DNA from: Bacteroidia bacterium
GTDB lineage: Bacteria > Bacteroidota > Bacteroidia > NS11-12g > UBA9320
Direction: 5' to 3'
Assembly: GCA_965216465.1 (NCBI GenBank)
Contig: CBDCFW010000006.1
Coordinates: 736,001 to 800,000 of the forward strand
DNA: 64,000 nucleotides
In this document: positions 28,646 to 39,722 of the stretch, one piece after another
Layout: every line of letters starts with the position of its first letter
Position numbering within the stretch: the stretch's first letter is position 1
Program-made: the position numbers and the translations under genes
Notes under the pieces: generated by a model
The model's input: only the letters and a program-made list of their open reading frames with translations
Told to the model about the DNA's origin: nothing
The model's database searches: none

Positions 28646-29533
28646 ATGTTGAAAAAACTAGCACTCTTTGCATTTACACTCTTTACAATTGTTGGGTGTA
28701 TTGAGACTCTTCCTCCTGTAAACTTTGGAGGGAACAGTGCAGCTATTCTTAAAGACACAGTTTATCAGCTTCCCGAAGCAAGTATTCCTAGTCCTGACCT
28801 AAAAAACATTTTAATAGAAGACCTTACAGGAGTGAGATGTTCAAACTGCCCAACAGCAGCCGCATCAGCTAAGCAAGTGAAAGATACCTTTGGTAACAGG
28901 GTAGTTGTTTTGGGGTTATATCCTACAGACCCAAACAACTTGACTTTCCCTTATTCAGGAGATGAAGACCTAAGAAAAAAAGACGCACAATTAATCGGTG
29001 CGAATATCTACGATTTTGCAAACCAACTACCAGCTGGAGGAGTAAATAGAAGACAGTTTTCAGGCCAACCGAACCTTAACTACAATTACAACCTCTGGTT
29101 AAACGGTGCTATTGAAATTTACAACGAAGCAGCATTAGTCAATATCGAACTCACATCTACCAAAGTAGACGATTCAACATACGATGTAGGGGCTAAATTC
29201 ATTTTCACAAAAGAACCTGATTTTACTCCTTTTGTTACAATTGCTCTTCTAGAAGATCATATCACAGCCACGCAGAAACAGCCAGATAATAGTGAAGATG
29301 CTAACTACGTTCACGAACATGTCTTTCGTCAAATGTACACACCGTACAATGGAGAACCTTTAGTTCCTTCAACAGGTATGCAGCCTGATAGAGGTGTTGT
29401 AGTTGAGAAACTGTGGCAAGTGGTTGTACCAGATTATGTTAATCATGATGAAGCCAGCGTTGCAGTATTTTTGAACTATAATGATGCTGCTAGTAAAGAG
29501 GTTCTTCAATGTCTGGAAATAAAACTGAAGTAG
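28646..29533 (+). CDS. Omp28-related thioredoxin-fold lipoprotein
   Basis: Lipobox IVGC; LIEDLTGVRCSNCP, VNR, LLED, YVHEHVFR. Confidence 0.85.
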   Translation: MLKKLALFAFTLFTIVGCIETLPPVNFGGNSAAILKDTVYQLPEASIPSPDLKNILIEDLTGVRCSNCPTAAASAKQVKDTFGNRVVVLGLYPTDPNNLTFPYSGDEDLRKKDAQLIGANIYDFANQLPAGGVNRRQFSGQPNLNYNYNLWLNGAIEIYNEAALVNIELTSTKVDDSTYDVGAKFIFTKEPDFTPFVTIALLEDHITATQKQPDNSEDANYVHEHVFRQMYTPYNGEPLVPSTGMQPDRGVVVEKLWQVVVPDYVNHDEASVAVFLNYNDAASKEVLQCLEIKLK

Positions 29534-30411
29534 CAAACAAGCACCTCGTCGAGGATTTTATAGCACATCTCAGTTTAGAGCGATCGCTTAGCGAAAACAC
29601 GATTTCCGCATATCGTTCTGACCTTCAAAAACTTCAAAACTATATCGAGAATAAATCGCTATTAGCGGTTGATCATCAACAAGTTGTAGGATTTCTAGAA
29701 TTTTTGGAGCAGGTGGGTTTGTCTACCCGGTCAATGGCTCGAATAATTTCAGGACTCAAGTCATTTTATAAGTACCTTCTTTCAGAAAACCAGGTAAATA
29801 CTAGTCCGCTACAAACTATCGATACACCAAAGTTAGCGAAACATCTTCCCGAAGTTTTAAGCCATGAAGAAATCACGGCTATGCTTGAGCAAATAGATTT
29901 TTCAAAAAAAGCAGGGGAGAGGAGCAAGGCTATAATTATGCTAATGTATGGATCAGGTTTGCGGGTTTCTGAGTTAATTGAGCTGAAAATGAACGACTTA
30001 TACCTAGAAGATGGATTCATTAAAGTTTTAGGAAAAGGAAACAAAGAACGACTTGTACCCATTGGGGCAAAAACTATTCGTCAGATCAATTACTACCTGA
30101 GAGGATACCGTGATGAATTTGACAAATTCAATTCGCCTTACCTCATACTCAATCAACAAGGTAAAAAACTAAGTAGAATATCCGTATTCAAGCTTATTAA
30201 AGACTTGGCTGCAAAAGCACAAATAACCAAAAACATAAGCCCACACACACTAAGGCATTCATTTGCCACTGTGCTAATTGAGGCGGGGGCGGACTTACGT
30301 GCTGTGCAACAAATGCTCGGCCACGAAAGCATAACAACAACCGAAATTTATACACATTTAGACCGAAGCTATCTTAAAACTGTAATAGAACAATTTCACC
30401 CAAGATCATGA
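29509..30411 (+). CDS. xerD: Tyrosine recombinase XerD
   Basis: LSENT..AY..DL, GLRVSEL, GKGNKERLVP, PHTLRHSFAT, LGHESITTTEIYTH. Confidence 0.9.
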   Translation: MSGNKTEVANKHLVEDFIAHLSLERSLSENTISAYRSDLQKLQNYIENKSLLAVDHQQVVGFLEFLEQVGLSTRSMARIISGLKSFYKYLLSENQVNTSPLQTIDTPKLAKHLPEVLSHEEITAMLEQIDFSKKAGERSKAIIMLMYGSGLRVSELIELKMNDLYLEDGFIKVLGKGNKERLVPIGAKTIRQINYYLRGYRDEFDKFNSPYLILNQQGKKLSRISVFKLIKDLAAKAQITKNISPHTLRHSFATVLIEAGADLRAVQQMLGHESITTTEIYTHLDRSYLKTVIEQFHPRS

Positions 30412-30713
30412 TCATATACAACGTCACATTAAGTATTCGCCCAGACCTCGAAAAAGAGGTAATTCAATGGTTAAAAGAAGAGCATATTCCTGAAGTGATG
30501 CAAACAAATCTGTTTGTTGATTACACCATGTTTAAAGTTCTAGAATCTCCTAATGCTCCAACGCATAACTCATTTGCCATTCAATACAGGCTGAATTCTT
30601 GGGAAGATTTTGAAACCTATCAAAACAACCATGCAGCTGCTTTAAAGGCTAAAACTCAAGAAAAATATGGTGAAAATGTGTTAGCCTTTCGAACTTTTTT
30701 GGAAAGTATTTAA
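30408..30713 (+). CDS. DUF4286 family protein
   Basis: MIIYNVT, W....HIP.V, Y....A..L......KYG..V.AFRT.LE. Confidence 0.85.
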   Translation: MIIYNVTLSIRPDLEKEVIQWLKEEHIPEVMQTNLFVDYTMFKVLESPNAPTHNSFAIQYRLNSWEDFETYQNNHAAALKAKTQEKYGENVLAFRTFLESI

Positions 30714-31967
30714 AAGTCGACTCCAACCCTCAGCTGAGAGTATTGAGAACAGTATTAGGCAAGGTATAAAGAACCGTGCGGCACCAATAGGTCCTGTTAT
30801 GCCTACAAAGTAGATGCATGTAGCTATTATTATCCAATGATTCTTGGTGATATTTTTAAAGATAAATAGTCCTCCTATAACCTTCAAGATGTTGATAATC
30901 AACAACAAAACAAATAGAATGCTTAACACTGGCTTCGACCACATGGCATTAGCAAGTTCATTCCACTGACGGGCATAGAGTAACTCAGTTAGACTACGTT
31001 CAGCTGTTGGAGCTCCGGAATAGGTATAGAGCTCATAACGACCAGGATCTAATATCATCTTTACCGACCCAATAATGTGAACTTTAAGGTAGGCACCGAG
31101 ATTTTCTATTATGGCAGATTTGCCAGCTTCTTGTAAGTTGTTCTTGTACATTTTGTATTGCTGATCATCTCTTGGAATTTGATAAATATTTGAAGAGGTG
31201 AATGCCTGAGCTGAATCAAATCCATAAGCGTTGGCAATTGTAAGCTTAGCATTGTATTGAGCAATGTTTATTGTGCTTATACTGCTGTATTCTGAAACTC
31301 CAGAAAAATTCTTGTTAAGAAGTGACACCCCAATAACAACTACGATTGGTGCTAGCAAGGAGGGGATAAACCGTTTATGCCTAATCAGAACATATACAAA
31401 CGCAATCACAAAAAACGCTAAAGCGGGCATCATCACAGGTTTGACTAAAACAGCGATTATCATCAGAAGCGAAAGCAAAAGGCAGCGTGTCCTTAAGTCA
31501 AGCTTTGATGTAATTAAAATACTGATCAATACGGTTACCGAAGTCATCAAAACCAAGTCGGCCAGAATAAGTTGACTATGAATAATTAGCACAGGCGATA
31601 ATAGCATCAGCCAGGAATATATTTTATACGATAAGGTGTTGGATTTCAACGATTTAAGTACATCTAGTCCTGCAAAAAAACATAGTACAAGAAGAAGACT
31701 TTGGGCTAGGATGACAAGCCACGAAAGATTCCAATTGTAAATTTGAAAAATAGGATATCCAGGGGTGCGTTTACTATATAACCGATAATCGACTTCTTGC
31801 ATTAAATCACCGCTATAGAGTACGTTATGCTCGTAGAAATTTTGAGCTGCAAACTGATACTCAATAGAGTCAAATATCAAAGGATAAGGTTGAGTTGAGC
31901 TATAAATGCTAGCCCCAACTATTAATAGCAAAAAAGCTATGAAGTGCTTCTTCAATCCTGATGACAT
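30681..31967 (-). CDS. Polytopic membrane protein, GT-C-like glycosyltransferase
   Basis: FDS.EY...A.N, RTPGYP motif, many TM helices, ARFF.P. Confidence 0.65.
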   Translation of the reverse strand: MSSGLKKHFIAFLLLIVGASIYSSTQPYPLIFDSIEYQFAAQNFYEHNVLYSGDLMQEVDYRLYSKRTPGYPIFQIYNWNLSWLVILAQSLLLVLCFFAGLDVLKSLKSNTLSYKIYSWLMLLSPVLIIHSQLILADLVLMTSVTVLISILITSKLDLRTRCLLLSLLMIIAVLVKPVMMPALAFFVIAFVYVLIRHKRFIPSLLAPIVVVIGVSLLNKNFSGVSEYSSISTINIAQYNAKLTIANAYGFDSAQAFTSSNIYQIPRDDQQYKMYKNNLQEAGKSAIIENLGAYLKVHIIGSVKMILDPGRYELYTYSGAPTAERSLTELLYARQWNELANAMWSKPVLSILFVLLLIINILKVIGGLFIFKNITKNHWIIIATCIYFVGITGPIGAARFFIPCLILFSILSAEGWSRLLNTFQKSSKG

Positions 31968-32017
31968 TTAACAAAGCTGCAAGAAATCTATCTTAATTCA
32001 AATATTGAAGTCATTTT

Positions 32018-33475
32018 TTAAGGCGTTTTTCTTTCGATGTGAATCAATTTAGTGTTCTCATTTAGACTGTCAATGGTATGCAAATGGTAGTTCGTACTTA
32101 GGGTATCTTGAGTGGATTTGTAAGTGATGAGAAGCGTGTCTCCAGATTGAATGTTATAAATTCTCACACGCTCAAGATCAATACCGGTTTCTTTTTTCAA
32201 TTTTCTAACATAAAAGATATGAGGCTCAAGGCCATAATCTAAGTCGAGTAAAATTTGCGTATTGTGGGTTATTTGATTTCTTAATCTGTCGTTTTTCAAA
32301 AAGTAGGATATTCCATTAGCCTCCCATTCATAGTATCTTTCTGTTGGGAGAACTGACCATTGATGGGCTTTTGAATAGGGGTAGTATGCTAACCCTAACA
32401 CCGCTATCGCTTGAATCACTATGTTTTTAGTTACTTGGTTAAAAACTACAAAAAGAGATATGGAAAGGAGGCTTGCAAGAATTGGAAATATCGGTGCATC
32501 GTACCAAAAATTCTTAGTCCCTAGAGATATAATAACCATAAAAAACCCACCAATTAATAGCAAATTCAAGTACGTCTTGCGAATAGTTGTTTTGAAGACT
32601 AAAGGAAATATCAAAGCAGGCAATAAGTAAACCCAAAACCTAAACTGCTCAGTTCGAATTAGGTTGAAGTAATACCAAAATCCTTCATCTCTAAATTGAA
32701 GATTATCACTTTTATTAATGTATCGGGGGAACAGCTCGTCATTCCAAACTAAAGACAAATATCCAGGTTGTTGAACTTCTCTTAAACCGTAATATACCAC
32801 CAATGGGAAAAGACCAGCGAGTAGGGCCAAGTAAAAATGCTTATTGGTGAGCGTAGTCTTCAAATGACCACTAAGTATCAAGCAAGCCAACAAACCAGGA
32901 AACAAGACCATAATGGCGATACTTTTAGTCAATATGCCCGCACAAGTGACCAGAGCTATTCCGTATAATCGCGTTGATTTGGGATCTTTTAAGTACTCGA
33001 GAAAAAGATATATGAGCCAAGTACAAAACAATACTAACAAAGCATCATGATCCCCAAACCGACCTACATGACGACCATAAAAACCGAAGCTGGTAACAGC
33101 AATTGCAGCACCCAATAAACCAAAGGCAAGATTTCTTGTTGATCGATAAACAATTAGAAATATAAAGAGCATCGAACCCAGTGATGCAAGTACTGATGGA
33201 AGTCGAATGGCTAGCTCGGTATAACCAAAGAAATGTATGCCAATTACTTGCAACCAAGTGAGTAGGGGAGGTTTAAGGTTATAAGTCTCAGGCTCATAGT
33301 CAAATGTTCGAATAAGGTAGTTGCCAGACTCGTACATTTCAACCGCGTTAACGGCATTTCGGGCCTCATCCCAAATTCTCAATGGAAGAGAGTCTACCTT
33401 AAGCCATAAGGGCACACTTAAAACTCCAAAAGAAACCAGAATGATTAAAAGTTTTGTTGTGTGTTGACGAGACAT
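32018..33475 (-). CDS. ArnT/GT39-family glycosyltransferase
   Basis: WDEAR.A.NA.EM, KPPL..WL, G.TELA.RLPS, LTK motifs. Confidence 0.85.
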   Translation of the reverse strand: MSRQHTTKLLIILVSFGVLSVPLWLKVDSLPLRIWDEARNAVNAVEMYESGNYLIRTFDYEPETYNLKPPLLTWLQVIGIHFFGYTELAIRLPSVLASLGSMLFIFLIVYRSTRNLAFGLLGAAIAVTSFGFYGRHVGRFGDHDALLVLFCTWLIYLFLEYLKDPKSTRLYGIALVTCAGILTKSIAIMVLFPGLLACLILSGHLKTTLTNKHFYLALLAGLFPLVVYYGLREVQQPGYLSLVWNDELFPRYINKSDNLQFRDEGFWYYFNLIRTEQFRFWVYLLPALIFPLVFKTTIRKTYLNLLLIGGFFMVIISLGTKNFWYDAPIFPILASLLSISLFVVFNQVTKNIVIQAIAVLGLAYYPYSKAHQWSVLPTERYYEWEANGISYFLKNDRLRNQITHNTQILLDLDYGLEPHIFYVRKLKKETGIDLERVRIYNIQSGDTLLITYKSTQDTLSTNYHLHTIDSLNENTKLIHIERKTP

Positions 33476-33480
33476 TAAGG

Positions 33481-35307
33481 CTATAAACCTTCAAAGAAAA
33501 GCTCTTCTTTTGATTTTCCTTCCTTAATTCCGTAATATAACTTACGTGATTCTACAGCATAAAGACTTGAGCTGTATTCCAACAAGATTCTCTCAAAAAG
33601 GTCAAGTGCTTCTTGAGGTTGGTCAAGTATATGTAGGTGAATATTAGCCGCACGATACAGTGCATTGTCAGCCAGAATATCATTCCCAAACTTGTCATAT
33701 ATCTTGCTATATAACTCGTTTGCAGCTAAGTAGTTACCTTGTTTTTCTTCAACTTTTGCTTTTAAGTAATAAATCTCATCATTGAGCGAATGGTTGGGGT
33801 ATTTAAATGGCAGCATCGTTAAGATTTCGGTGCATTTGTCTATTCGATTTTGAACCAAATAAAATTCTGCCTGAGCATACTCTTCCATAGCTTCATAAGT
33901 AGAGTCTAACCCAATATTGTCTTGTATCAGAAGCGACAACTCAATTGCATTATTACTAATCAGCTGAGAGGTAGCAGTTTTTAAAACGTCAAGTTGATTA
34001 TTTGCCCAATCGAAATCTCCGGTGTAATACGAAAGTTGCGCACTTTTAAACTTGGCTTCCTGGCCTAAAGCTTCTTCTTTAAAGTCTTTGTCTACCTGGC
34101 CATACATTAATTTTGCATCCCAAATTTCATTTTTAATGAGGTATGCATCGCCTAACAAAATTTTTGCTTGAGCAATAAAGCTATGATTCACGCGTCTAAT
34201 TTGCACCAGCTCTTCAAGAATCTTAATTCCGTCCGAAACACGATCACCGTAGTAAATATAGAGCTCGGCTAATCGGTACATGCTGGGTGCCGTTTGGTAA
34301 TTTGAACCATTTAACTCAATGAAATTCTCAACTGTACCAATTAGTTCAGTAACTTCGGTTTGCTCAGGTTTAAATGAGCTTGTAACCTTGAGATACAAGG
34401 CATTGATCATGCCTATTTCTGCTTCAAGCGGAGTTGCTAAACTCGATTCTAATTCTTTGACATATTTATAGCCTTTGGCAGCTGCGTCGTAAGCCTGATT
34501 TTGAATGCAGATTTCTGCAAGATTCATCACACGAACCCCTTGTTCCTTATTTCTTCTATCAATCGAAATTACTTGTCGCAGTGCAGCGTTATACTTTTTC
34601 TGTAGAAGAAATATTTCAAGTAATAACTCCTCAAACACAACCTTGCTTGGATTTTTTTGGATATAGAATAAGGTTCTCTCTTGTAAATAGGCCGCACTTT
34701 TTTTGTTTTCGTAAACAACATCCAGTTTACGCATTACTTCTTCAAACTTTCTTTCGTCTTTGTGCAAGACTTCTAGAGCTAAATCGGTAAGGTCTTTATT
34801 GTTTTTAGACATTCGATACAAACTCAACAACTGAGAAGAGAATGTCATGAAGCCATGCTTGCTTGCTCCTTGCTCAAACGTACGAACAGCATAATCGTTT
34901 AGGTTACGACGTATAAAAGCTTGTGCTAACAAATTGACCTGCGATTGATCACGCGTATGTTTATCTATTATCTTATCGAAATAGGTTTGTGCTTCTTCGT
35001 CTTTGCTGAACTGTTGATATACAAATCCGAGATCAACTGCGTAATACAACTTATGTGGAAAGCGTTTTATTTGCTTTTGAACGAGTTTTTCAGCATCACT
35101 TTCTTCGTTAAGTGCTATAAGACATTTTAGATAATTCTCATAGATGTACATGGATGAAGGCGATCGCTTATGAAGCTTTTTGTACAGTTCTCCCGCCTTT
35201 TCAAAATCGCCATCTTCATAAAACTGGGCAGCAAGTTTTTCGTCAGTGTTTTGACCTAATGAAGTCAGCGAAACGAAGACTAGTATTATGGAAATGAGAT
35301 GTTTCAA
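33481..35307 (-). CDS. Periplasmic tetratricopeptide-repeat protein
   Basis: Signal peptide; repeated helical TPR pattern; LK.ATSQLISNNA. Confidence 0.85.
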   Translation of the reverse strand: MKHLISIILVFVSLTSLGQNTDEKLAAQFYEDGDFEKAGELYKKLHKRSPSSMYIYENYLKCLIALNEESDAEKLVQKQIKRFPHKLYYAVDLGFVYQQFSKDEEAQTYFDKIIDKHTRDQSQVNLLAQAFIRRNLNDYAVRTFEQGASKHGFMTFSSQLLSLYRMSKNNKDLTDLALEVLHKDERKFEEVMRKLDVVYENKKSAAYLQERTLFYIQKNPSKVVFEELLLEIFLLQKKYNAALRQVISIDRRNKEQGVRVMNLAEICIQNQAYDAAAKGYKYVKELESSLATPLEAEIGMINALYLKVTSSFKPEQTEVTELIGTVENFIELNGSNYQTAPSMYRLAELYIYYGDRVSDGIKILEELVQIRRVNHSFIAQAKILLGDAYLIKNEIWDAKLMYGQVDKDFKEEALGQEAKFKSAQLSYYTGDFDWANNQLDVLKTATSQLISNNAIELSLLIQDNIGLDSTYEAMEEYAQAEFYLVQNRIDKCTEILTMLPFKYPNHSLNDEIYYLKAKVEEKQGNYLAANELYSKIYDKFGNDILADNALYRAANIHLHILDQPQEALDLFERILLEYSSSLYAVESRKLYYGIKEGKSKEELFFEGL

Positions 35308-35449
35308 ATTTTATGTAGCGAATATACCTCCACTTTATGGAAGTACCATTTCTGCAGTACTTAACGCAAATAAAATGCCAAGCAGGTATGTTTTATTGTC
35401 TTTTTTCAATCAAATGATTAAAAAATTAGGTAAGCACTTGATATAGTCG

Positions 35450-35488
35450 TACCTTTGTGCGGCAAATAACTATATCTGTTTATTTGCA
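35450..35488 (+). promoter_or_regulatory. guaB promoter (-7 TACCTTTG) and 5'-leader hairpin abutting the ATG
   Basis: GCAAATAA (35462-69) pairs with TTATTTGC (35480-87); ATG at 35489. Confidence 0.65.
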
Positions 35489-36961
35489 ATGAGTCAAAAC
35501 ACAAATTCCAAAGTTTCTTATCTCGGTTTAACATTTGATGATGTCTTGGTATTGCCACGATATTCTGAGGTCTTACCACGTGAAACCACTACTAAAACCA
35601 AGTTAACCAAGAACCTTTCTATCAACATTCCTATCGTAAGTGCTGCTATGGACACCGTTACAGAAGCCAATCTTGCAATTGCAATTGCACGAGAAGGAGG
35701 AATCGGTATTGTTCATAAAAACATGAGCATTGAAGATCAAGCGATGCATGTTAAAAAAGTAAAGCGTTCTGAGAGCGGAATGATTAAAGATCCTATTACG
35801 TTAAAGAAGGATAACACCATTCAAGATGCACTCAATGTGATGAAAGAGAATAGAATTGGAGGAATTCCTATTACTGACGGAAATGAAACGTTAATAGGTA
35901 TTATTACGAACAGAGATCTTCGTTTTCAGGTTGACATGAAAACTTCAATTGGAGAAGTAATGACTTCAACCAACCTCATTACGGCATCAGAAGGTACTGA
36001 TCTTAAAGAAGCAGAAGCAATTTTACAGAAACATAAAATTGAGAAACTTCCTGTTGTTGATGATGACAATAAGCTTTTGGGCCTAATTACTTTTAAAGAT
36101 ATTCAAAAGGTTAGTCACCATCCAAATGCATGTAAAGATGAATTTGGAAGACTAATGGTTGGAGCAGCAGTTGGAGTTACAGCCGATACCCTTGAACGTG
36201 TTACTCGATTGGTTGAAGAAGATGTAGACGTTATTGCAATCGACACCGCTCATGGTCACTCGAAAGGTGTTGTTGACGAACTAAAGAAAGTAAAGGCAAA
36301 ATTTCCAGACCTTCAAATCATAGTAGGAAATGTTGCAACTGGAGCAGCTGCAAAATACTTAGCTGACAATGGAGCAGATGCTGTTAAAGTAGGAGTAGGG
36401 CCAGGTTCAATTTGTACTACGCGAATTATTGCAGGAATTGGAGTACCTCAACTAAGTGCAATCGTTGAATGTGCAGAAGCACTAAAAGGAACAGGTGTTC
36501 CGGTTATTGCAGATGGAGGTATTCGTTACAGCGGTGATTTGGTTAAAGCTATTGTAGCTGGTGCCGATACAATTATGGCAGGTAGCCTATTTGCTGGAAC
36601 TGAAGAAAGTCCTGGCGATGTTTCTTTCTACGAAGGAAGAAAGGTTAAATCTTATCGAGGTATGGGCTCAATTGAAGCCATGAAAAAAGGTTCTAAGGAT
36701 CGTTATTTCCAAGATGCTGAAGAAGAAATAGGCAAATTGGTTCCAGAAGGTATTGTGGGTACGGTAGCTTATAAAGGAAGGCTTGCTGAAGTTGTTTACC
36801 AATACATTGGAGGTTTACGTGCAGGGATGGGATATACCGGTTCTTCGAGTATTGAACAGCTACAAACAGCTTCATTCACCCGAATTACTAACTCTGGTAT
36901 GCGTGAAAGTCACCCTCACGATGTAACCATTACAAAAGAGGCTCCTAACTACTCTCGTTAA
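35489..36961 (+). CDS. guaB: IMP dehydrogenase
   Basis: [19 protein letters not shown] pair, [15 protein letters not shown]. Confidence 0.98.
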   Translation: MSQNTNSKVSYLGLTFDDVLVLPRYSEVLPRETTTKTKLTKNLSINIPIVSAAMDTVTEANLAIAIAREGGIGIVHKNMSIEDQAMHVKKVKRSESGMIKDPITLKKDNTIQDALNVMKENRIGGIPITDGNETLIGIITNRDLRFQVDMKTSIGEVMTSTNLITASEGTDLKEAEAILQKHKIEKLPVVDDDNKLLGLITFKDIQKVSHHPNACKDEFGRLMVGAAVGVTADTLERVTRLVEEDVDVIAIDTAHGHSKGVVDELKKVKAKFPDLQIIVGNVATGAAAKYLADNGADAVKVGVGPGSICTTRIIAGIGVPQLSAIVECAEALKGTGVPVIADGGIRYSGDLVKAIVAGADTIMAGSLFAGTEESPGDVSFYEGRKVKSYRGMGSIEAMKKGSKDRYFQDAEEEIGKLVPEGIVGTVAYKGRLAEVVYQYIGGLRAGMGYTGSSSIEQLQTASFTRITNSGMRESHPHDVTITKEAPNYSR

Positions 36962-37609
36962 TTAGTCTCTGCTTTCAACCAGAATCAGTACTCCATTCTC
37001 GTGGTTGATCACAGTATTGGACTCTGAACCTGTACTATTATTAGAGCCACTTCTTTCACCAAGTTTAAGGGATTCTTGATTGAGGTTGTACTTTAAGTTT
37101 TCGGTGTAAATGCCATCCACTTCTCCTATAGGGAATAGAGAAAGAGCAGTATTTTCTGGATATACCTTGGTGAAATGTTTGGGTAGCACAAAGGCCTTTG
37201 AATGGTCATCATATAGCACTACCTTAACATGCTTGTATTTGGCCAGAGTAGCAAAGTTGTTAACCGTATGATCGAGTCTTTTTCCAGTTGCCCATACCAC
37301 ATTTACGTTTTCAAATCCACGCTCGATTAAGTAGTTTAAACCCTTTTCTAAATCGGTGGTTTCTTGGTCATCAACTTTAATAAATTCAACATTTGGCAAG
37401 TCTGGTATTTCGGTTATTGAATCAAAATCTCCAATAACAACATCGGGCTTGATTTGTAATGATCGAACACGTTCAAAAGCTCCGTCGAGCACGACTATAA
37501 TCGGACACCATTCAAGCAATTGAGTTAAAAGTGTGTACGAGCACATTTCTCCGTTTGCTATGATCAAAGGTGGCTCCTGGCCTTCTTTTACAAAGTGGTG
37601 TGATGACAT
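36962..37609 (-). CDS. thiN: Thiamine diphosphokinase
   Basis: MSSHH, DGA, GDFDS, DQETTDLEK, GKRLDH. Confidence 0.9.
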   Translation of the reverse strand: MSSHHFVKEGQEPPLIIANGEMCSYTLLTQLLEWCPIIVVLDGAFERVRSLQIKPDVVIGDFDSITEIPDLPNVEFIKVDDQETTDLEKGLNYLIERGFENVNVVWATGKRLDHTVNNFATLAKYKHVKVVLYDDHSKAFVLPKHFTKVYPENTALSLFPIGEVDGIYTENLKYNLNQESLKLGERSGSNNSTGSESNTVINHENGVLILVESRD

Positions 37610-37673
37610 TTTAGTGCAATATTCAAAACAAACTTAACAATTTGTAAATTCTCAAGGCTTAATTTGTATTAGG

Positions 37674-39722
37674 ATGAAAAAGCAATTTGCGATCATACTA
37701 CTACTGACTATTGTACTTATCGGATGTAAAAAAGAGAAGTTCAGAACCGACAGTCAGTGGCTTACCCCAGTGGTAAAGACCAATCTAAATCTCGGCAATC
37801 TTATACCCGATTCGAGCTTGCAGATCAATGCCGATAAAACGGCAAACTTCGTTTTGCAAGAAGAATATGGTATTAGTAGCTTAGAAGATGTACTTGTTGT
37901 TCCAGATAGAGTTGAAACCATTGAAGTAACCCTTAGCAGTCTAGTTCTTGAAGATCGAGAGTTTACCGACACACTTACGCTTGCAGAAATGTACCCTGCC
38001 AGTTTGTTGTTGAATGGACAAACCACAACCTTACCTGCCCAAGACATTAATTCAAGTAACGGAACTGTAATTGATGTTACTGAAGAGTTTTTTACTACGG
38101 CAACGTTTAACGAAGGATTCATTGATATTGAAGTTCATAATGACCTTCCAGTTGAAGCAGAAATCATCGAGTTTGAGTTACTTAATAACGACGATAAAAG
38201 TGTAATACTTAGCGGCGTAATTAACAATCTACCTGCATTTGGTAGCGATACCCAAACCCACTCACTTGCTGGCAAAACTGTAGATGGTGTAATGGAAATG
38301 AATGTTACGCGCATTAAAACTTTGGCCAGTCCAGGTCCGGTTTTGATAGAAGCACATAAGGGTTTAAGAACCAAGTTTTCTGTAAGAGGACTAAAGCCAC
38401 AGGTAGCCACGGCTATCTTCCCTGCGCAAAACCTCATCACAAAAGAAGATGAAACGCTTTACAATTTCGGCGGTGCTGAATTGACTCGAATAATTGTAAA
38501 AGAAGGAGACATCCTTATGAAAGTAGAGTCGACCATTGAGGAAGCTATTATTCTTGATTATAGCGTTCCTAATAGCTCAAAACAAGGTGAACCTGGGTTT
38601 ATCCAAAAAGAATGGACAATCCCGCCTGCACCTCCAGGAGATAAAGTTATTGTTGAAGAGCGATTCCCGATTGATGGATTTGACATCATTCTTAAAGGCG
38701 AAGACAACTACAGTCACCCACTCTTTAATCATATTTACAACGTACTTATTGCTCGAATTGAATATTCCGGTATAGAACGAACGCTTTCATTAGATGATAA
38801 GATTAAAATTGAGTTCGGATTAGTTGATATCAAACCGCATTTGGTTACCGGGGATCCCGGATTGCATCAATTTAACGTTGCAGATACAATTGGTCTTGAT
38901 TTCTTTAAACGAGTTGGTGGTGAAGTGAGCCTTGAAGATGCAACCTTTGAAATTGACATTGAAAATTCTTTTGGCATTGAAGCGTTGATTAACATAAATT
39001 CAATCGTTGGTTCAAACAATAGAGCTCAGCGTAATGTGGGCTTGATAAGTCCTGAGATTTCAAACCCAATATTCTTGAATAAGGCAATAAACAATACAGA
39101 GTTTATTCCAGACACAGTAAGCATTGTACTTGACAAATCGAATTCTAATCTGAAGCAATTTTTGGAGAATTTACCGGATGAGATAAAACCCGATATGTCT
39201 GCTACTATTCGCCCAAATGGCACGGTAAACCAAAGTGATTTTGCTTTTGACCACAGTTCTGTCACGGCAAAATTCACCTTAAATATTCCAATCGCTATTG
39301 GCTTAGACAAGTTGACTCTCGTAACTAAAGAGCCGATTGATCTGTTCAAAAATGAAGAACTTGATCAAGTTAAAGAGGCGACAATTACAATTGATGCAAA
39401 AAATGGTTTTCCAATTAGTGCAACAGTTGAGCTCGAGTTCTTAGATGAGAATGAAAACCTTTTGTTGACGCTGTTTACAGCTGGAAGCAATCTAATTGAG
39501 GCTGCAGAAGAAGATCCACTGGCTGGTAAGGTCACTGAAAAGATGGAGAGTGAAATTAGCACTGTAATTGATCCAGCGAAAATGCAAATCCTTAGAGACG
39601 CTGCATATGTTCGAATTAAAACCATGTTCGACACTGAAGATGCTGCTCGATTTAGGATCTACGACGACTACGATATTGACCTAAAATTAATTACCGAAAT
39701 CACCTATGAAAGTAAGTTATAA
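37674..39722 (+). CDS. Large uncharacterised lipoprotein with repeated beta-rich modules
   Basis: Lipobox LIGC; recurring A/G.h.h.h.N.hP.xA motif. Confidence 0.75.
   Translation: MKKQFAIILLLTIVLIGCKKEKFRTDSQWLTPVVKTNLNLGNLIPDSSLQINADKTANFVLQEEYGISSLEDVLVVPDRVETIEVTLSSLVLEDREFTDTLTLAEMYPASLLLNGQTTTLPAQDINSSNGTVIDVTEEFFTTATFNEGFIDIEVHNDLPVEAEIIEFELLNNDDKSVILSGVINNLPAFGSDTQTHSLAGKTVDGVMEMNVTRIKTLASPGPVLIEAHKGLRTKFSVRGLKPQVATAIFPAQNLITKEDETLYNFGGAELTRIIVKEGDILMKVESTIEEAIILDYSVPNSSKQGEPGFIQKEWTIPPAPPGDKVIVEERFPIDGFDIILKGEDNYSHPLFNHIYNVLIARIEYSGIERTLSLDDKIKIEFGLVDIKPHLVTGDPGLHQFNVADTIGLDFFKRVGGEVSLEDATFEIDIENSFGIEALININSIVGSNNRAQRNVGLISPEISNPIFLNKAINNTEFIPDTVSIVLDKSNSNLKQFLENLPDEIKPDMSATIRPNGTVNQSDFAFDHSSVTAKFTLNIPIAIGLDKLTLVTKEPIDLFKNEELDQVKEATITIDAKNGFPISATVELEFLDENENLLLTLFTAGSNLIEAAEEDPLAGKVTEKMESEISTVIDPAKMQILRDAAYVRIKTMFDTEDAARFRIYDDYDIDLKLITEITYESKL

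Noticed and set aside
29509-30411. Tyrosine recombinase as a mobile-element integrase
   Set aside because: Chromosomal XerD signature within a housekeeping operon; no att sites or cargo
35572-35587. Third parS-like sequence CTTACCACGTGAAACC in guaB
   Set aside because: Only 12/16, with a broken left arm; explained by the conserved LPRE codons
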